Positions 38,964 to 49,909 of a stretch of 64,000 nucleotides of DNA are shown piece by piece. Both the position numbers and the translations under genes were made by a program. The notes under the pieces are model-generated. The model did no database searches. It was not told the DNA's origin and was given only the letters and a program-made list of their open reading frames with translations. Numbering within the stretch: position 1 is the first letter of the stretch; each line of letters opens with the position of its first letter. This stretch comes from an uncultured Alphaproteobacteria bacterium (GTDB taxonomy: Bacteria; Pseudomonadota; Alphaproteobacteria; RF32; CAG-239). The stretch covers positions 238,739 through 302,738 of the forward strand of contig CAJTJB010000001.1 in the NCBI GenBank assembly GCA_910576955.1. Direction: 5' to 3'.

Positions 38964-41441
38964 ATGGTTGCTAACGCCAGATATAACGGAAAGAACAGTT
39001 TTGAAGAATGGAAAAAAGACTGGGAACTGGAAGAACGGTACAATTTTAAGAAAATTGAAGAAAAATGGCAGAAAATCTGGGATGAAGAAAAAGCCTATAA
39101 AGTAGAAATTGACCACGATAAAGAAAAGTTTTATGCGTTGGTTGAATTCCCCTACCCTTCCGGAGCAGGCTTACACGTCGGACACCCGCGCTCATACACG
39201 GCACTTGATGTGATTGCCCGCAAAAAAAGAATGGAAGGCTTTAATGTTTTGTACCCGATGGGGTTTGATGCTTTCGGGCTACCAGCAGAGAACTATGCCG
39301 TTAAGACCGGTATTCATCCGGCAGTTTCCACCAAAGCCAACATTGAGAACTTTACGCGCCAGCTCAAAGCCATCGGGCTTTCTTTTGACTGGGACAGATG
39401 TTTTAATACCTGCGATCCCGAATATTATAAATGGACGCAATGGATGTTTTTAAAGTTCTTTGAAAAGGGGCTGGCCTATAAATCGAAAATTGCAATTAAC
39501 TGGTGCCCAGCCTGCAAGGTCGGATTAGCGAACGAAGAAGTTGTTAACGGGCATTGCGAGCGATGCGGCGCGGAAGTGGTGCGCAAAGACAAAGAGCAAT
39601 GGATGATTGCCATCACCAAATATGCCGACCGCTTAATTGACGATTTGAAAGACGTGGACTTTATTGACAGAGTGAAATCACAACAAATTAACTGGATCGG
39701 GCGTTCGGAAGGCGCAGAGCTTGATTTTGAAATTACGGACAATGACGGCGTATCTTTGGGCAAGAAACTCCGCGTGTTTACCACCCGTCCGGATACGGCT
39801 TTCGGCGTGACTTATATGGTTATGGCGCCGGAACATCAGTATGTTGAAGAATTTAAAGACCGCTTCGCAAACAATGCGGAAATTCAAAAATATGTTGCGG
39901 AAGCAGCCAAAAAATCTGACCTGCAGAGAACGGCGGACGATTCCAAAACCGGTGTGGAATTAAAAGGTATCAAAGCGAAAAATCCGTTTAACGGCAAGCT
40001 TATTCCGATTTTTATTTCCGATTATGTTTTGACCGGATACGGCACGGGAGCAATTATGGCAGTTCCGGCGCATGACCAACGCGACTATGATTTCGCAAAA
40101 GTATTTGACCTGCCGATTATTCAGGTGTTGGAAGGCGGAGATATTTCCGAAAAGGCATTTGAAGAAGACGGACCGCACATTAATTCAGATTTTCTTAACG
40201 GAATGGGCAAAGATGACGGTATTAAAGCAGCTATCGCCTTTGCAAAAGAAAAAGGTATCGGCGAGGCGAAAATCAATTTCAAACTGCGTGACTGGGTTTT
40301 CTCCCGCCAGCGTTATTGGGGTGAGCCGATTCCGATGGTTTATTGCGAACATTGCGGCTGGCAGCCGATTCCGGAAAGCGAATTGCCGCTGACGTTACCG
40401 CAAATTTCCGACTTTTTGCCGAATGACGAGGGCGACTCTCCGCTTGCCAAAGCGACAGACTGGGTTAACACCACTTGTCCGAAATGCGGCGGAAAAGCAC
40501 GAAGAGAAACCGACGTTATGCCGAACTGGGCCGGGTCTTCGTGGTATTTCTTGAGATATTGCGATCCGCATAATGATAAAGAATTCGCCTCTAAAGAAGC
40601 GCTTGACTACTGGATGAACGTGGATTGGTATAACGGCGGTATGGAGCACACGACTCTCCACCTGCTCTATTCCCGTTTTTGGCATAAGTTTTTGCACGAC
40701 TGCGGCTGCGTTCCGACATCCGAACCTTATAACAAACGCACGTCACACGGTATGATTTTGGCGGAAAATGGCGAGAAGATGTCTAAATCTCGCGGTAATG
40801 TGGTTAATCCGGATGATGTGATTGACGCATACGGCGCAGACGCTTTCAGAATGTATGAAATGTTTATCGGACCGTTTGACCAAGTGGCGATGTGGTCTGA
40901 TGAAAGCCTGAACGGCGTACACCGTTTTGTAAATAAAATTTTTGCCCTGTTCGGCAAGGTAACGGCAGTTGCTCCGACAGGAAAAGACTTGCAGGTTATG
41001 CATAAATGCATTTTGGATGTCAGCGAGCGTATCGACCAGATGAAGTTTAATACTGCTGTTTCTTCGTTAATGACCTATGTCAATTACCTTGCAGGCAGAC
41101 CGGAAGTTTCCGAAGATTTGTATGTCACTTTGCTGAAACTGGTAGCACCGTTTGCTCCGCATTTGGCAGAAGAAATGTGGGCAAGGCTTGGCAACATGAC
41201 GCTTATTGCCAAAGAAAGCTGGCCGAAAGGCAACCCCGAGCTCGCCAAAGACAATACGGTGACGATTGCCGTACAGATTAACGGAAAAATGCGCGGCACA
41301 ATTGAAACCGAGCGCGATATGGATAAAGACAAAGTTATCGAAATGGCGAAGTCTTTGGAAAATGTTGCCAAGCAGTTGACCGAGGCAGAACCGAAAAAAG
41401 TAATTGTTGTACCAAATAGGATTGTAAACATTGTTTTATAG
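38964..41441 (+). CDS. leuS: Leucyl-tRNA synthetase
   Basis: 825 aa with HVGHPRSYTALDVIARKKRMEGFNV (HIGH) and KMSKSRGN (KMSKS). Confidence 0.95.
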   Translation: MVANARYNGKNSFEEWKKDWELEERYNFKKIEEKWQKIWDEEKAYKVEIDHDKEKFYALVEFPYPSGAGLHVGHPRSYTALDVIARKKRMEGFNVLYPMGFDAFGLPAENYAVKTGIHPAVSTKANIENFTRQLKAIGLSFDWDRCFNTCDPEYYKWTQWMFLKFFEKGLAYKSKIAINWCPACKVGLANEEVVNGHCERCGAEVVRKDKEQWMIAITKYADRLIDDLKDVDFIDRVKSQQINWIGRSEGAELDFEITDNDGVSLGKKLRVFTTRPDTAFGVTYMVMAPEHQYVEEFKDRFANNAEIQKYVAEAAKKSDLQRTADDSKTGVELKGIKAKNPFNGKLIPIFISDYVLTGYGTGAIMAVPAHDQRDYDFAKVFDLPIIQVLEGGDISEKAFEEDGPHINSDFLNGMGKDDGIKAAIAFAKEKGIGEAKINFKLRDWVFSRQRYWGEPIPMVYCEHCGWQPIPESELPLTLPQISDFLPNDEGDSPLAKATDWVNTTCPKCGGKARRETDVMPNWAGSSWYFLRYCDPHNDKEFASKEALDYWMNVDWYNGGMEHTTLHLLYSRFWHKFLHDCGCVPTSEPYNKRTSHGMILAENGEKMSKSRGNVVNPDDVIDAYGADAFRMYEMFIGPFDQVAMWSDESLNGVHRFVNKIFALFGKVTAVAPTGKDLQVMHKCILDVSERIDQMKFNTAVSSLMTYVNYLAGRPEVSEDLYVTLLKLVAPFAPHLAEEMWARLGNMTLIAKESWPKGNPELAKDNTVTIAVQINGKMRGTIETERDMDKDKVIEMAKSLENVAKQLTEAEPKKVIVVPNRIVNIVL

Positions 41442-41994
41442 TAAAAAAAATATAGCTCTTGCAGCGCTGATTGCCTTGATTGCCGGATGCGGATTTGAAC
41501 CGCTTTATGTGGAAAAAAAGACCTCCGGCGAGTGGTATTATGATAACGAATTTGACACGGGCATTATTGAAGAAATGGCAAGTGTTAAGGTCGAGCTTAT
41601 CCAAGACCGAATCGGGCAGCTTATCCGTAATGATTTGCTGGATAAATTAAGCCCGAAAGGACAGCCTGCACATCCTAAATATTATCTGAAAATTACAGGT
41701 ATCAAAAAGCGGGAAATTGATCAGGCGCTGCGCAATGATATTACCGCCACCCGTAAGAAAGTCATTTATACGGTCACTTATGTCCTGAAAAACAATGAAC
41801 ATAAAAATTTAATCAGCGGAAACAGTGTTGCATATTTGGGGTATGATATTTTGCGCGATCCGTATTCAACGACATTTGCACAAAAGAAAATTGAGAAAAA
41901 TGCGGCAAAAATTATTGCCAATGATATTTCGCTGCGGTTAGGCGCTTATTTCCACTCACTGCAGACAAAAAGGGGCAATCCGGATGAATATTAA
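41431..41994 (+). CDS. lptE: LPS-assembly lipoprotein LptE
   Basis: Lipobox LIAGCGFEPLY, 187 aa, located between leuS and holA as in other proteobacteria. Confidence 0.75.
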   Translation: MFYSKKNIALAALIALIAGCGFEPLYVEKKTSGEWYYDNEFDTGIIEEMASVKVELIQDRIGQLIRNDLLDKLSPKGQPAHPKYYLKITGIKKREIDQALRNDITATRKKVIYTVTYVLKNNEHKNLISGNSVAYLGYDILRDPYSTTFAQKKIEKNAAKIIANDISLRLGAYFHSLQTKRGNPDEY

Positions 41995-43009
41995 GCCGGA
42001 ACAAGTTGAAAATATTGTTAAGTCTTTACCGCAAACTCTTCGCGGCGTGGTGATTTACGGCAGCAATGAGGGTATGATTGCGACACTTTCGCAACAGTTC
42101 ATTAAGGCGATATCACAAGATATTTACGATGCGTTTCACGTTAGTTATTTGGAGATGGCAGATATTGCTTCGGATATCGGCGCGTTATACGCGGAATTTA
42201 ATGCCCAATCCTTAATGGGCGGGCGGCGCGTGGTAGTGATTAAAGAGGCGACCAACCTTTTAACCAAGCCTTTAAGAGAGCTGCTGGCCTCAAGCTCTTC
42301 AGACAGCCTGCTCGTGATGACATCCTCTTCGCTTAAGACCAAAGATTCCCTTGCGGTGATGGCAAAAGACGAGGCGGATTTTTATGGCATCGGCTGCTAT
42401 GATGACCGTGACGAAGATATAACGGCCTTTGCCTCAAAATTTATGGCAAAAAACGGCATTAACATTGATAACAATGCTTTTCAATTGCTGTGTTCGCGGT
42501 TATCAAATGACCGCAAAATCAGCGCAAACGAACTTGATAAGCTTGTTACCTATATGGGGGAAAATAAAAATATCGGCATTAATGACGTTTTAACGGTTAT
42601 CAGCGATACATCCGCTTCTTCGCAAGAGGATTTGAGCTATTATATTGCACAAGGAATGACAGACAAAGCTCTGGCATCCTATAACCGTTTGGTATTTGAG
42701 GGAGAAAATCCGGTTTCGATTGTTCGCACCGTCAGTTATCATTTTATGAAACTGCTTGAGTGTGCGATAAAGATGGAAAAAGGGGAAACGGCTGACAAAG
42801 TCGTTTTCGGATTGCGCCCTCCCTTGATGTTTTTCCGCAAAAACGCTTTTTTAAACCAATTGCGGATATGGAACAGAAACCGGATTTTAAGCGCGCTATC
42901 CCTTTTGTATCAAACAGAAAGAGAATGCAAAACAACAGATTTCCCTGCTGAACAGGCTGTCAGTTTTGCACTTATGAGAATTGCTAACGGAGTGAAGAGA
43001 TTTAGATAA
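41984..43009 (+). CDS. holA: DNA polymerase III delta subunit
   Basis: 341 aa at the conserved leuS-lptE-holA position. Typical HolA length and helical architecture. Confidence 0.75.
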   Translation: MNIKPEQVENIVKSLPQTLRGVVIYGSNEGMIATLSQQFIKAISQDIYDAFHVSYLEMADIASDIGALYAEFNAQSLMGGRRVVVIKEATNLLTKPLRELLASSSSDSLLVMTSSSLKTKDSLAVMAKDEADFYGIGCYDDRDEDITAFASKFMAKNGINIDNNAFQLLCSRLSNDRKISANELDKLVTYMGENKNIGINDVLTVISDTSASSQEDLSYYIAQGMTDKALASYNRLVFEGENPVSIVRTVSYHFMKLLECAIKMEKGETADKVVFGLRPPLMFFRKNAFLNQLRIWNRNRILSALSLLYQTERECKTTDFPAEQAVSFALMRIANGVKRFR

Positions 43010-43590
43010 TGTTTAAATTTAATAACAAACGTTCCCGCGGTGGGTTTGGCGGTGATGCACAAATAAAGTTTTTTCTTGATTATATAAAGGCTTTTCCGGA
43101 AGAATGCCCGAATATATTAAGAGTAATCAAAGCAAGGTTGACAACAAAAGACCATGATGATGCGCATATCGGCGATTTTTGCGCAATTATAGAGGGGATT
43201 TTGCTGCAGCAAAATGAGTATTGTCGGGAGATATTTGAATTGGTACAAATTATTTATGCCAAATACCGCAGAACTCCCTTATCTTTACTTATCCGCATTA
43301 TTAATAAAGATGGCAGATGCGCGCAGAAATCTTTTGAAATGTTGATACAATGGCTGAAAGTCAATTGCTGGAGCGAGGGAAAACTTACCCATCTGTATCA
43401 ATATCTTACGAAATTATCGGAATTGCATCCGGAATATTGCAACGAGATTTTCAGAGTTGCGAGTTATGCCGTTTTGCGGTTAGAAAACGATTCTTATTCT
43501 ATGGACGAAGCGAAAAAACTGTTTAACAACTTATCTGCGCTATCGCCGGAACTTAAAAAAACAATCAAATCGTTTCTGACCGAGATATAA
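43009..43590 (+). CDS. Hypothetical cytoplasmic protein (193 aa), start overlapping the holA stop
   Basis: Helical and Cys-containing, with no recognisable motif. It sits where nadD follows holA in E. coli. Confidence 0.5.
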   Translation: MFKFNNKRSRGGFGGDAQIKFFLDYIKAFPEECPNILRVIKARLTTKDHDDAHIGDFCAIIEGILLQQNEYCREIFELVQIIYAKYRRTPLSLLIRIINKDGRCAQKSFEMLIQWLKVNCWSEGKLTHLYQYLTKLSELHPEYCNEIFRVASYAVLRLENDSYSMDEAKKLFNNLSALSPELKKTIKSFLTEI

Positions 43591-43595
43591 AAAAT

Positions 43596-43625
43596 AAAAA
43601 CCGCTAAAAAGCGGTTTTTATTTTG
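43596..43625. terminator. Bidirectional intrinsic terminator between the hypothetical gene and clpX
   Basis: AAAAACCGCT, AAAA, AGCGGTTTTT: a symmetric hairpin flanked by an A-run and a T-run. Confidence 0.8.
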
Positions 43626-43628
43626 GAA

Positions 43629-44882
43629 CTACGCGCTCTTTTTATGCCGCTTGCGGACATAGGTGGGCGCTTTGCCCTCATTTATCACACCGGCGTCAAC
43701 GATAATTTCCGTTACATCTTTTTTATCCGGAATATCATACATCAGCTCAAGCAAGTTCTCTTCCATTATTGCCCGCAAACCACGCGCACCGGTCTTACGC
43801 TCAATAGCTTTTTTAGCAATTGCAATCAGCGCATCATCCGTTATTGTCAGATTGACTTCTTCCATATCAAACAAAGTTTTGTATTGTTTGATAATGGCGT
43901 TTTTCGGCTCTGTTAAAACTTTTATCAACGCTTGTTCATTTAAATCATCCAATGTTGCAATGACAGGTAAGCGTCCGACAAATTCAGGAATAAGCCCGTA
44001 TTTTAACAAATCTTCCGGCTGAACCTGCTTATAAATCTCGCCCAAACTTTTTTCTTCCGCATCTTTTATCTGCGCGCCGAAACCGATGGACGTTTCTTCA
44101 CCACGACGACCGATAATTTTTTCAAGCCCGGCAAAAGCCCCGCCGCAGATAAAGAGAATGTTTGTCGTATCAACGTGCAAAAACTCTTGCTGCGGGTGTT
44201 TTCTTCCCCCTTGCGGCGGAATATTCGCAACTGTTCCTTCAATAATTTTCAACAACGCCTGCTGAACGCCTTCGCCCGATACATCACGCGTGATAGACGG
44301 ACCATCGGTTTTGCGGGTAATTTTATCAATCTCATCAATATAAACTATACCGCGTTCAGCCTTTTCAATATCATAATTTGCAGCCTGTACCAATTTTAAT
44401 ACGATGTTTTCGACGTCTTCTCCAACGTATCCGGCTTCTGTTAAGGTAGTAGCATCGGCAATTGCAAAAGGTACATCCAAAACTTTCGCCAAAGTCTGCG
44501 CCAACAACGTTTTACCCGAACCCGTCGACCCGATTAAAATCACATTTGATTTGGAAATTTCCACATCCGGATTGTTACGTTTGTTATTTAAGCGCTTGTA
44601 ATGGTTATATACTGCCACAGACAATACTTTTTTGGCGTATTCCTGCCCAATAACATATTGATCCAAAAATTCTTTGATTTTTGACGGGGTCGGCAGGTGT
44701 TCGTGGATTTCGCCGGCTTCGGCTTGGCGTTCCTCTTTGACCTCTTGCGAAACAATATTGATGCAGACATCAATGCACTCGTCGCAGATATATACGCCGC
44801 GTCCGGCTATCAGCTTTTTAACTTCGTTTTGGCTTTTGCCGCAGAAAGAACAATGTAAAACTTTATCTTCCGTATCACTCAT
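43629..44882 (-). CDS. clpX: ATP-dependent Clp protease ATP-binding subunit ClpX
   Basis: N-terminal zinc finger [17 protein letters not shown]...CDECI, Walker A GSTGSGKT, and the IGF-loop region. Confidence 0.97.
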   Translation of the reverse strand: MSDTEDKVLHCSFCGKSQNEVKKLIAGRGVYICDECIDVCINIVSQEVKEERQAEAGEIHEHLPTPSKIKEFLDQYVIGQEYAKKVLSVAVYNHYKRLNNKRNNPDVEISKSNVILIGSTGSGKTLLAQTLAKVLDVPFAIADATTLTEAGYVGEDVENIVLKLVQAANYDIEKAERGIVYIDEIDKITRKTDGPSITRDVSGEGVQQALLKIIEGTVANIPPQGGRKHPQQEFLHVDTTNILFICGGAFAGLEKIIGRRGEETSIGFGAQIKDAEEKSLGEIYKQVQPEDLLKYGLIPEFVGRLPVIATLDDLNEQALIKVLTEPKNAIIKQYKTLFDMEEVNLTITDDALIAIAKKAIERKTGARGLRAIMEENLLELMYDIPDKKDVTEIIVDAGVINEGKAPTYVRKRHKKSA

Positions 44883-44891
44883 ATTTTTATC

Positions 44892-45518
44892 CTATTTTAT
44901 TACTTCCAAACGATTTTTTACGATGTGGTCAATCAAACCGAATTCTTTGGCTTCTTCAGGATTCATAAAATTATCTCTGTCCATCGCCTTTTCAATTACG
45001 GAAAGTTTGTTGCCGGTATTCTCGGCATAAATTTTATTCAGGCGTTTTCTTAAATCCAATATTTCGCGAGCCTGAATCTCAATATCTGATGCCATACCGC
45101 GCGCGCCGCCCGAGGGCTGGTGAATCATAATACGGGAATTCGGCAGAGAAAATCTCTTTCCTTTTGTGCCGCCGGCCAACAAAAATGACCCCATGGAGCA
45201 AGCCTGCCCGATACAAAGCGTGGCAACATCGCAGGATATATATTTCATCGTATCATACATAGCCAAACCGGATGTGACAACACCGCCAGGAGAATTGATG
45301 TATAAGAAAATATCTTTTTTAGGATTTTCCGACTCCAAAAACAAGAGCTGCGCGCATACGAGCGATGACACTTCGTCGTTAACTTCTCCGGTTAAGAAAA
45401 TAATGCGTTCTTTCAATAAACGAGAAAAAATATCAAACGAGCGCTCGCCTCTTGAGGTTTGTTCAATCACCATCGGGACAAGCGTGTTGTCATAAACTTC
45501 CAATGCACTTTTATTCAT
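44892..45518 (-). CDS. clpP: ATP-dependent Clp protease proteolytic subunit ClpP
   Basis: [10 protein letters not shown]...[14 protein letters not shown] (active-site Ser) ...MIHQPSGG (His). Confidence 0.97.
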   Translation of the reverse strand: MNKSALEVYDNTLVPMVIEQTSRGERSFDIFSRLLKERIIFLTGEVNDEVSSLVCAQLLFLESENPKKDIFLYINSPGGVVTSGLAMYDTMKYISCDVATLCIGQACSMGSFLLAGGTKGKRFSLPNSRIMIHQPSGGARGMASDIEIQAREILDLRKRLNKIYAENTGNKLSVIEKAMDRDNFMNPEEAKEFGLIDHIVKNRLEVIK

Positions 45519-45625
45519 TTGTGTTAAATCCTTAAATTTAAATTATTTTACTTTCACCATATTAGAAGCCATTTATTCAATAAATGGTAAACAAATATAA
45601 AAATTTTATCTTTTTTTCGGTTATG

Positions 45626-46360
45626 TTATTCGCGGGTGCTCTTAATGTTATTCCCCATATAAGACAAATCATACCGCGTGATGGTTATGCCGAACGGATT
45701 TATTAAACCCAGCCTTTTATCTTCGTATTTTTCAGCATTAAAGTTCATACGCAATGTGGCTATCCAACGGCTGATCAGCGGTTCAATATATTCCGGACCG
45801 GTATCTATGGTTTCAAACCGAACCTGCCAGAAATCAAATGACACGGGATATATCATATTTATCTTTACCTTACGCCGGATATTCTTTTTTTGCAACGACT
45901 CAAAATATGGCAGTTCAGTTTGTTGAAAATCACGATAAACCTCTGTTGAAGACGCCAGATTCACAAACCCGTTTTCATTGTAACGGCTCATCATTTCATC
46001 ATAGTCTTCACCGATTGTATAACGCTGCTCAACATATTTTGCCATCAGGCTCTCGGTTACCAAATCGCCTGCATATGCCCGAGTTTCCGCTGGCTGCATT
46101 ATTGATATTTGATAACGGTCATAATCTATCTGCAACGGTATCACCCTAACTTTTCGCTGCGGAATCAGGAGTGTCAACGTGCCGGCAAGAACCATATTTA
46201 AGCACAAACTGATTACCGAAATTACCACGAAAAAGCGGGAGGTCCATAAAAAGCGCCTTTCGGGAAATGCGCGAACGTCTACTTTTTCTGGATAATAGCC
46301 GAGCTCATCTTTTTGGGCTTTTTCCTTATATTTGAACAGAGTATAAAATAAATCAAACAT
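45626..46360 (-). CDS. VirB8-like (type IV secretion VirB8 / TrbF / DotI-like) bitopic inner-membrane protein; orphan
   Basis: Short cytoplasmic N-terminus, one TM (FFVVISVISLCLNMVLAGTLTLL), then a VirB8-like periplasmic domain: LIPQRKVRVIPLQIDYDRYQISIMQP ... LMAKYVEQRYTIGEDYDEMMSRYNENGFVNLAS ... ITITRYDL. Compare A. tumefaciens VirB8 LTPLKTVEPYTLLVDRQTG ... FLVQYIIAREGYDFDTLQSDYRKVAL ... VSRYRRD. Confidence 0.5.
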   Translation of the reverse strand: MFDLFYTLFKYKEKAQKDELGYYPEKVDVRAFPERRFLWTSRFFVVISVISLCLNMVLAGTLTLLIPQRKVRVIPLQIDYDRYQISIMQPAETRAYAGDLVTESLMAKYVEQRYTIGEDYDEMMSRYNENGFVNLASSTEVYRDFQQTELPYFESLQKKNIRRKVKINMIYPVSFDFWQVRFETIDTGPEYIEPLISRWIATLRMNFNAEKYEDKRLGLINPFGITITRYDLSYMGNNIKSTRE

Positions 46361-46493
46361 CTTCTCACCGTTCTTGAAATTCCATATTATCTCTATTTTA
46401 CATGAAAGTTGTATAAAATCAAATAAAATACTATCAATTAAAAAATTTTTAGTGTAAATGTTTATTTGAACAATAATGTTTGAGGGAAAACTA

Positions 46494-48347
46494 ATGAAGA
46501 AACTTGTTTGTTTTATGGGAGCTGTTGCCGGTTTTGTGGGCGCTTGCTCTACTACTGCGCCGGAAGTTACCGTTGAGGCGCCAGCTATGTCCGCCTATTA
46601 TTCCGACTGGGACAGAGCTGTCAGAGCCGATGTTGATATGCAGAATATGTATATCGGCACGCCGTCGAAAATCACAAAACCTGTTGATATGTATATGGCA
46701 ATGGCTTTAGCTTTGAAATATAATTACACAAGAAGGCTGGCCAGCTATAAAGAAAGTCTGGGCGCAGATAATATTTCTTTGGCAGCGCTGCCGACCATGG
46801 CTGAAAATCTGGGGTATGAAAACAGCACGAATTCCGATGCAGTTCCGGCTGATTTGAAAGTTTCTTGGAATCTTTTAGACTTATCCGCACTTCAGTATCA
46901 GAACACGGCGGCTTCTCCCGAAACAGCTGCTCAAGAGCAAACACGCAAAGTTATCAATAACATCATGCTGGAAACGCGTTCTTTGTATTGGAAAGCTTTA
47001 GCTGCGCAGCGGCTTATTCCGGTTATTGATGACATGAACGAGTATCTGGTTCGCGTTGTGGATGAGATTAACGCTCGTTCAAATGAGATGGCTAAAGCAG
47101 GCAAAAATCCCTCAACGACTCTGCTTGTAAAAAAGAGAACTTATCTTGAAAACATCAAAAAATTAGCTGATTTGAGAAAGAAATTTGACACAGCTCAAAC
47201 CGAATTTGCCGGTTTGCTGGGGTTATATCCTTCCGCAGAAATCAAATTAGCCGGGGCGGAATACGGCAATTTCCCAATTCCGTCGCTGCGAGCTAAAATT
47301 CAGCAATTAGAATGGCTTGCATTAACGAATCGCCCTGAACTGCGCGCATTTGATTTGGGAACATCCAAAGACGAGCTGCAGCTTGTGATTAAAGATTTTG
47401 ACAGCGTTAACAACAGTGATTATCGCCAAGACCCCAACTATTATAACAGAAAATGGGCAAAAGATTCGAATGCGCTGTCTATGACTGTTTTTGAAGAAGC
47501 TACTGATAATAATGACTTGACTTATAATTCATTAGCACGGCAGAGAATGGCGCACATTGTGCTTAATCAGGTTTATCTGGCATGGGCTATGTATCAGTCT
47601 GCCGTGGAAGATTATTACCTGAATATGGGCGTGGCGACAACGTCTGAAGATATTGCCGAAGATATTACCAACAAAGAAGGCGCAAACAAAGCTATCAGCC
47701 ATTTAGAATCGGCTCGCGCCATTATTGACGAGGCAAACGCTTTCTTATCTTATATAGACGTTCAGGAAGCAATCGGCAGATTATATGCCAGTATCGGGTT
47801 AGATGCTGTTCCGGCATCTATGCTTAAAGATACTCCGTCTGTTATCGCCGTACAAATCAGAGAATCGCTTGACAATTGGAGCAACGGTATCTTCTCGGCT
47901 GATGTTAAAGGCGCTTTGGCGACATCTTCCGGACAGAAACCTCCGGCAGATATTTCATCTGCGGCATTAGTTCCAAATGTTGTTGTCGGGACCGGATCTG
48001 ATGTTAACATTAAAATTCCGGATGAAGTTTTCCAAAAAGTAAATTGGGAAGGAAATTATACAACTGTTGCCGGCTCGTTAGATGATGCGGGGTTGCCTGC
48101 TTGGTTGAAATATGATGACAAAACTCACACCTTTACCGGGCATCCGACGATGGAAGACGAAGGAGATTATCGCATTAAAGTGTATGCTTTAGATAATTCC
48201 GGCAACAGCGCGGTGCTTGGCTTTACGATTACCGTAAATAATGTTTATATTCAAACGATGGAATATAAAGGGCTGACCGGTTACAGACGTGCTAAAGTAT
48301 ATCATAAATGCACACCGGGAACGCCTTGTGCAAAAAATGATATATAA
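46494..48347 (+). CDS. Lipoprotein combining an OMF/TolC-like (NodT-type) helical region with a C-terminal cadherin-like / putative Ig domain
   Basis: Lipobox AVAGFVGAC. The OMF-like region has LDLSALQYQNTAA...LYWKALAAQRLIPV...WLALTNRPELRAFDLG. The C-terminus has VNIKIPDEVFQKVNWEGNYTTVAGSLDDAGLPAWLKYDDKTHTFTGHPTMEDEGDYRIKVYALDNSGNSAVLGFTITVNN (dystroglycan-type cadherin-like motif). The track start at 46476 is an upstream extension. Confidence 0.55.
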   Translation: MKKLVCFMGAVAGFVGACSTTAPEVTVEAPAMSAYYSDWDRAVRADVDMQNMYIGTPSKITKPVDMYMAMALALKYNYTRRLASYKESLGADNISLAALPTMAENLGYENSTNSDAVPADLKVSWNLLDLSALQYQNTAASPETAAQEQTRKVINNIMLETRSLYWKALAAQRLIPVIDDMNEYLVRVVDEINARSNEMAKAGKNPSTTLLVKKRTYLENIKKLADLRKKFDTAQTEFAGLLGLYPSAEIKLAGAEYGNFPIPSLRAKIQQLEWLALTNRPELRAFDLGTSKDELQLVIKDFDSVNNSDYRQDPNYYNRKWAKDSNALSMTVFEEATDNNDLTYNSLARQRMAHIVLNQVYLAWAMYQSAVEDYYLNMGVATTSEDIAEDITNKEGANKAISHLESARAIIDEANAFLSYIDVQEAIGRLYASIGLDAVPASMLKDTPSVIAVQIRESLDNWSNGIFSADVKGALATSSGQKPPADISSAALVPNVVVGTGSDVNIKIPDEVFQKVNWEGNYTTVAGSLDDAGLPAWLKYDDKTHTFTGHPTMEDEGDYRIKVYALDNSGNSAVLGFTITVNNVYIQTMEYKGLTGYRRAKVYHKCTPGTPCAKNDI

Positions 48348-48358
48348 AGGACGGTCAG

Positions 48359-49909
48359 GTGTTTGACTATATAGAAAAGCATCCTATCGTTTTTACTATC
48401 TTAATATGCTTGCTGTTATTTTTAACAGCAGGCATATTTTATAATGCGGTGCCGATAAGCGATTTTCAGGCATCCTATCTGATTTTTGCGGGGATTTTGG
48501 CTTCATGTACGGATGGTTACAATAAGCGAATCGGAATTATTTTGGCAACGCTTTTCCTTTTTCTGTTGTTTCTAACGGCAGATGCCCGCAGCAGCATTTA
48601 TCTTATCGGCGAATACGGAATTTTATCATTATTTACGTTTCTCAACAAATCCCGTTCGAATATTTTTATATTTGCAATAACAGCGGCGGCGTTTTTATTG
48701 CATTTGCATTATATACAATATACGCCTGTAAATATCCGACAGCATGATATAAATGGCATTATGCTGTATATGAAACAGATTACGCAAAACGGTCTGAATA
48801 TTTTACAATTTGACCCGTGGCATATGTATTATCTGTTTCACCAACCGCTGCATTTTATCTTTGCCGGCTATTTATTATCTTTGGAATTATATTTGTGGAA
48901 CTCCAACGCCTTGGCTTTAGAGGGAGTGCAATATTTGTCTTTGTTATATGTGACGCTCACCACCATTACGGCAGCCGCTATTTTCAAAGAACTTCATATT
49001 GTGGGGAAACCATTTTATGCCTTGTTGCTATTGTTTGCATTTAACCCGACGCTTACGCTGTTTTCCGGATATCTTTCCGATGATGCTCCGGCGGTTTTTT
49101 GGAGCGTTTGCGTTGTCTATTTTATTATCAGATGGTACAAGGCGGAGCGGGCAAAAGATATTGTTTTTGCGGCGGTTTGTTTTGGTTTCGGGGTGCTGAC
49201 AAAATTATCCGTTTTAATGATGGTGCCGGCTGTCTGTTTTATTTTTGCGTACAAGTTATTTTTCACGCTGTCCGACAGGCAAAAAACTTTGCAGCAAATA
49301 AGCTGTTTTATTATTGTTGCCGTACCGCTTGCGCTGCTATGGATTATACGCAACCATATTTTATTTGATATGCAATTTTTCAATATTCCCGACACATCTC
49401 CTGCGGGACAGAATTTTAAATATCTGACTTTAACGGAGCGAATCGGTGACTTTTCAATGTTTTCTTATCCGTTTCTTGATGCGCCCAAAGTTAATGACGC
49501 CAATATCTTCCTTGCACTGATTAAGACAGAACTGTTCGGCGAATGGGATTTCAGCATTGCGAATCATTTTGTTTATTTGCCGGCACTGATACTTTATGTT
49601 CTGAATATTTCAATTAAGTTTTTGGCATTTGCCGGATGCCTTTCAGGGGTAAAAAATTCAACCATTGAGCATCCGTTTGAGGGAATGTTTGCTATTCTTT
49701 ATTTAACAATTTGGCTTTACGCTTTAAAGTATGCGCTTGATTATCCTTATATTTGTTCAACCGATTTCAGATTGTTTGCACAACTTATGTTGCCTGAAGC
49801 TATTTTACTTTTTGCGGCTTGTCCAAAGATAATGAAAAACGCCGCATTTCCGGCACTTTCCATATCATATGCGGCGTTAAGCTGTTTCATTTATCTGTTC
49901 GGAATCTAA
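48359..49909 (+). CDS. Polytopic membrane protein, second GT-C-like (ArnT/PMT-like) glycosyltransferase candidate
   Basis: 516 aa with 12 or more TM helices. An early loop (HDINGIMLYMKQI...FDPWHMYYLFHQPLHFIF) resembles the D-x...xPPL loop of GT-C enzymes. A GYLSDDAP loop is also present. GTG start. Confidence 0.45.
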   Translation: MFDYIEKHPIVFTILICLLLFLTAGIFYNAVPISDFQASYLIFAGILASCTDGYNKRIGIILATLFLFLLFLTADARSSIYLIGEYGILSLFTFLNKSRSNIFIFAITAAAFLLHLHYIQYTPVNIRQHDINGIMLYMKQITQNGLNILQFDPWHMYYLFHQPLHFIFAGYLLSLELYLWNSNALALEGVQYLSLLYVTLTTITAAAIFKELHIVGKPFYALLLLFAFNPTLTLFSGYLSDDAPAVFWSVCVVYFIIRWYKAERAKDIVFAAVCFGFGVLTKLSVLMMVPAVCFIFAYKLFFTLSDRQKTLQQISCFIIVAVPLALLWIIRNHILFDMQFFNIPDTSPAGQNFKYLTLTERIGDFSMFSYPFLDAPKVNDANIFLALIKTELFGEWDFSIANHFVYLPALILYVLNISIKFLAFAGCLSGVKNSTIEHPFEGMFAILYLTIWLYALKYALDYPYICSTDFRLFAQLMLPEAILLFAACPKIMKNAAFPALSISYAALSCFIYLFGI

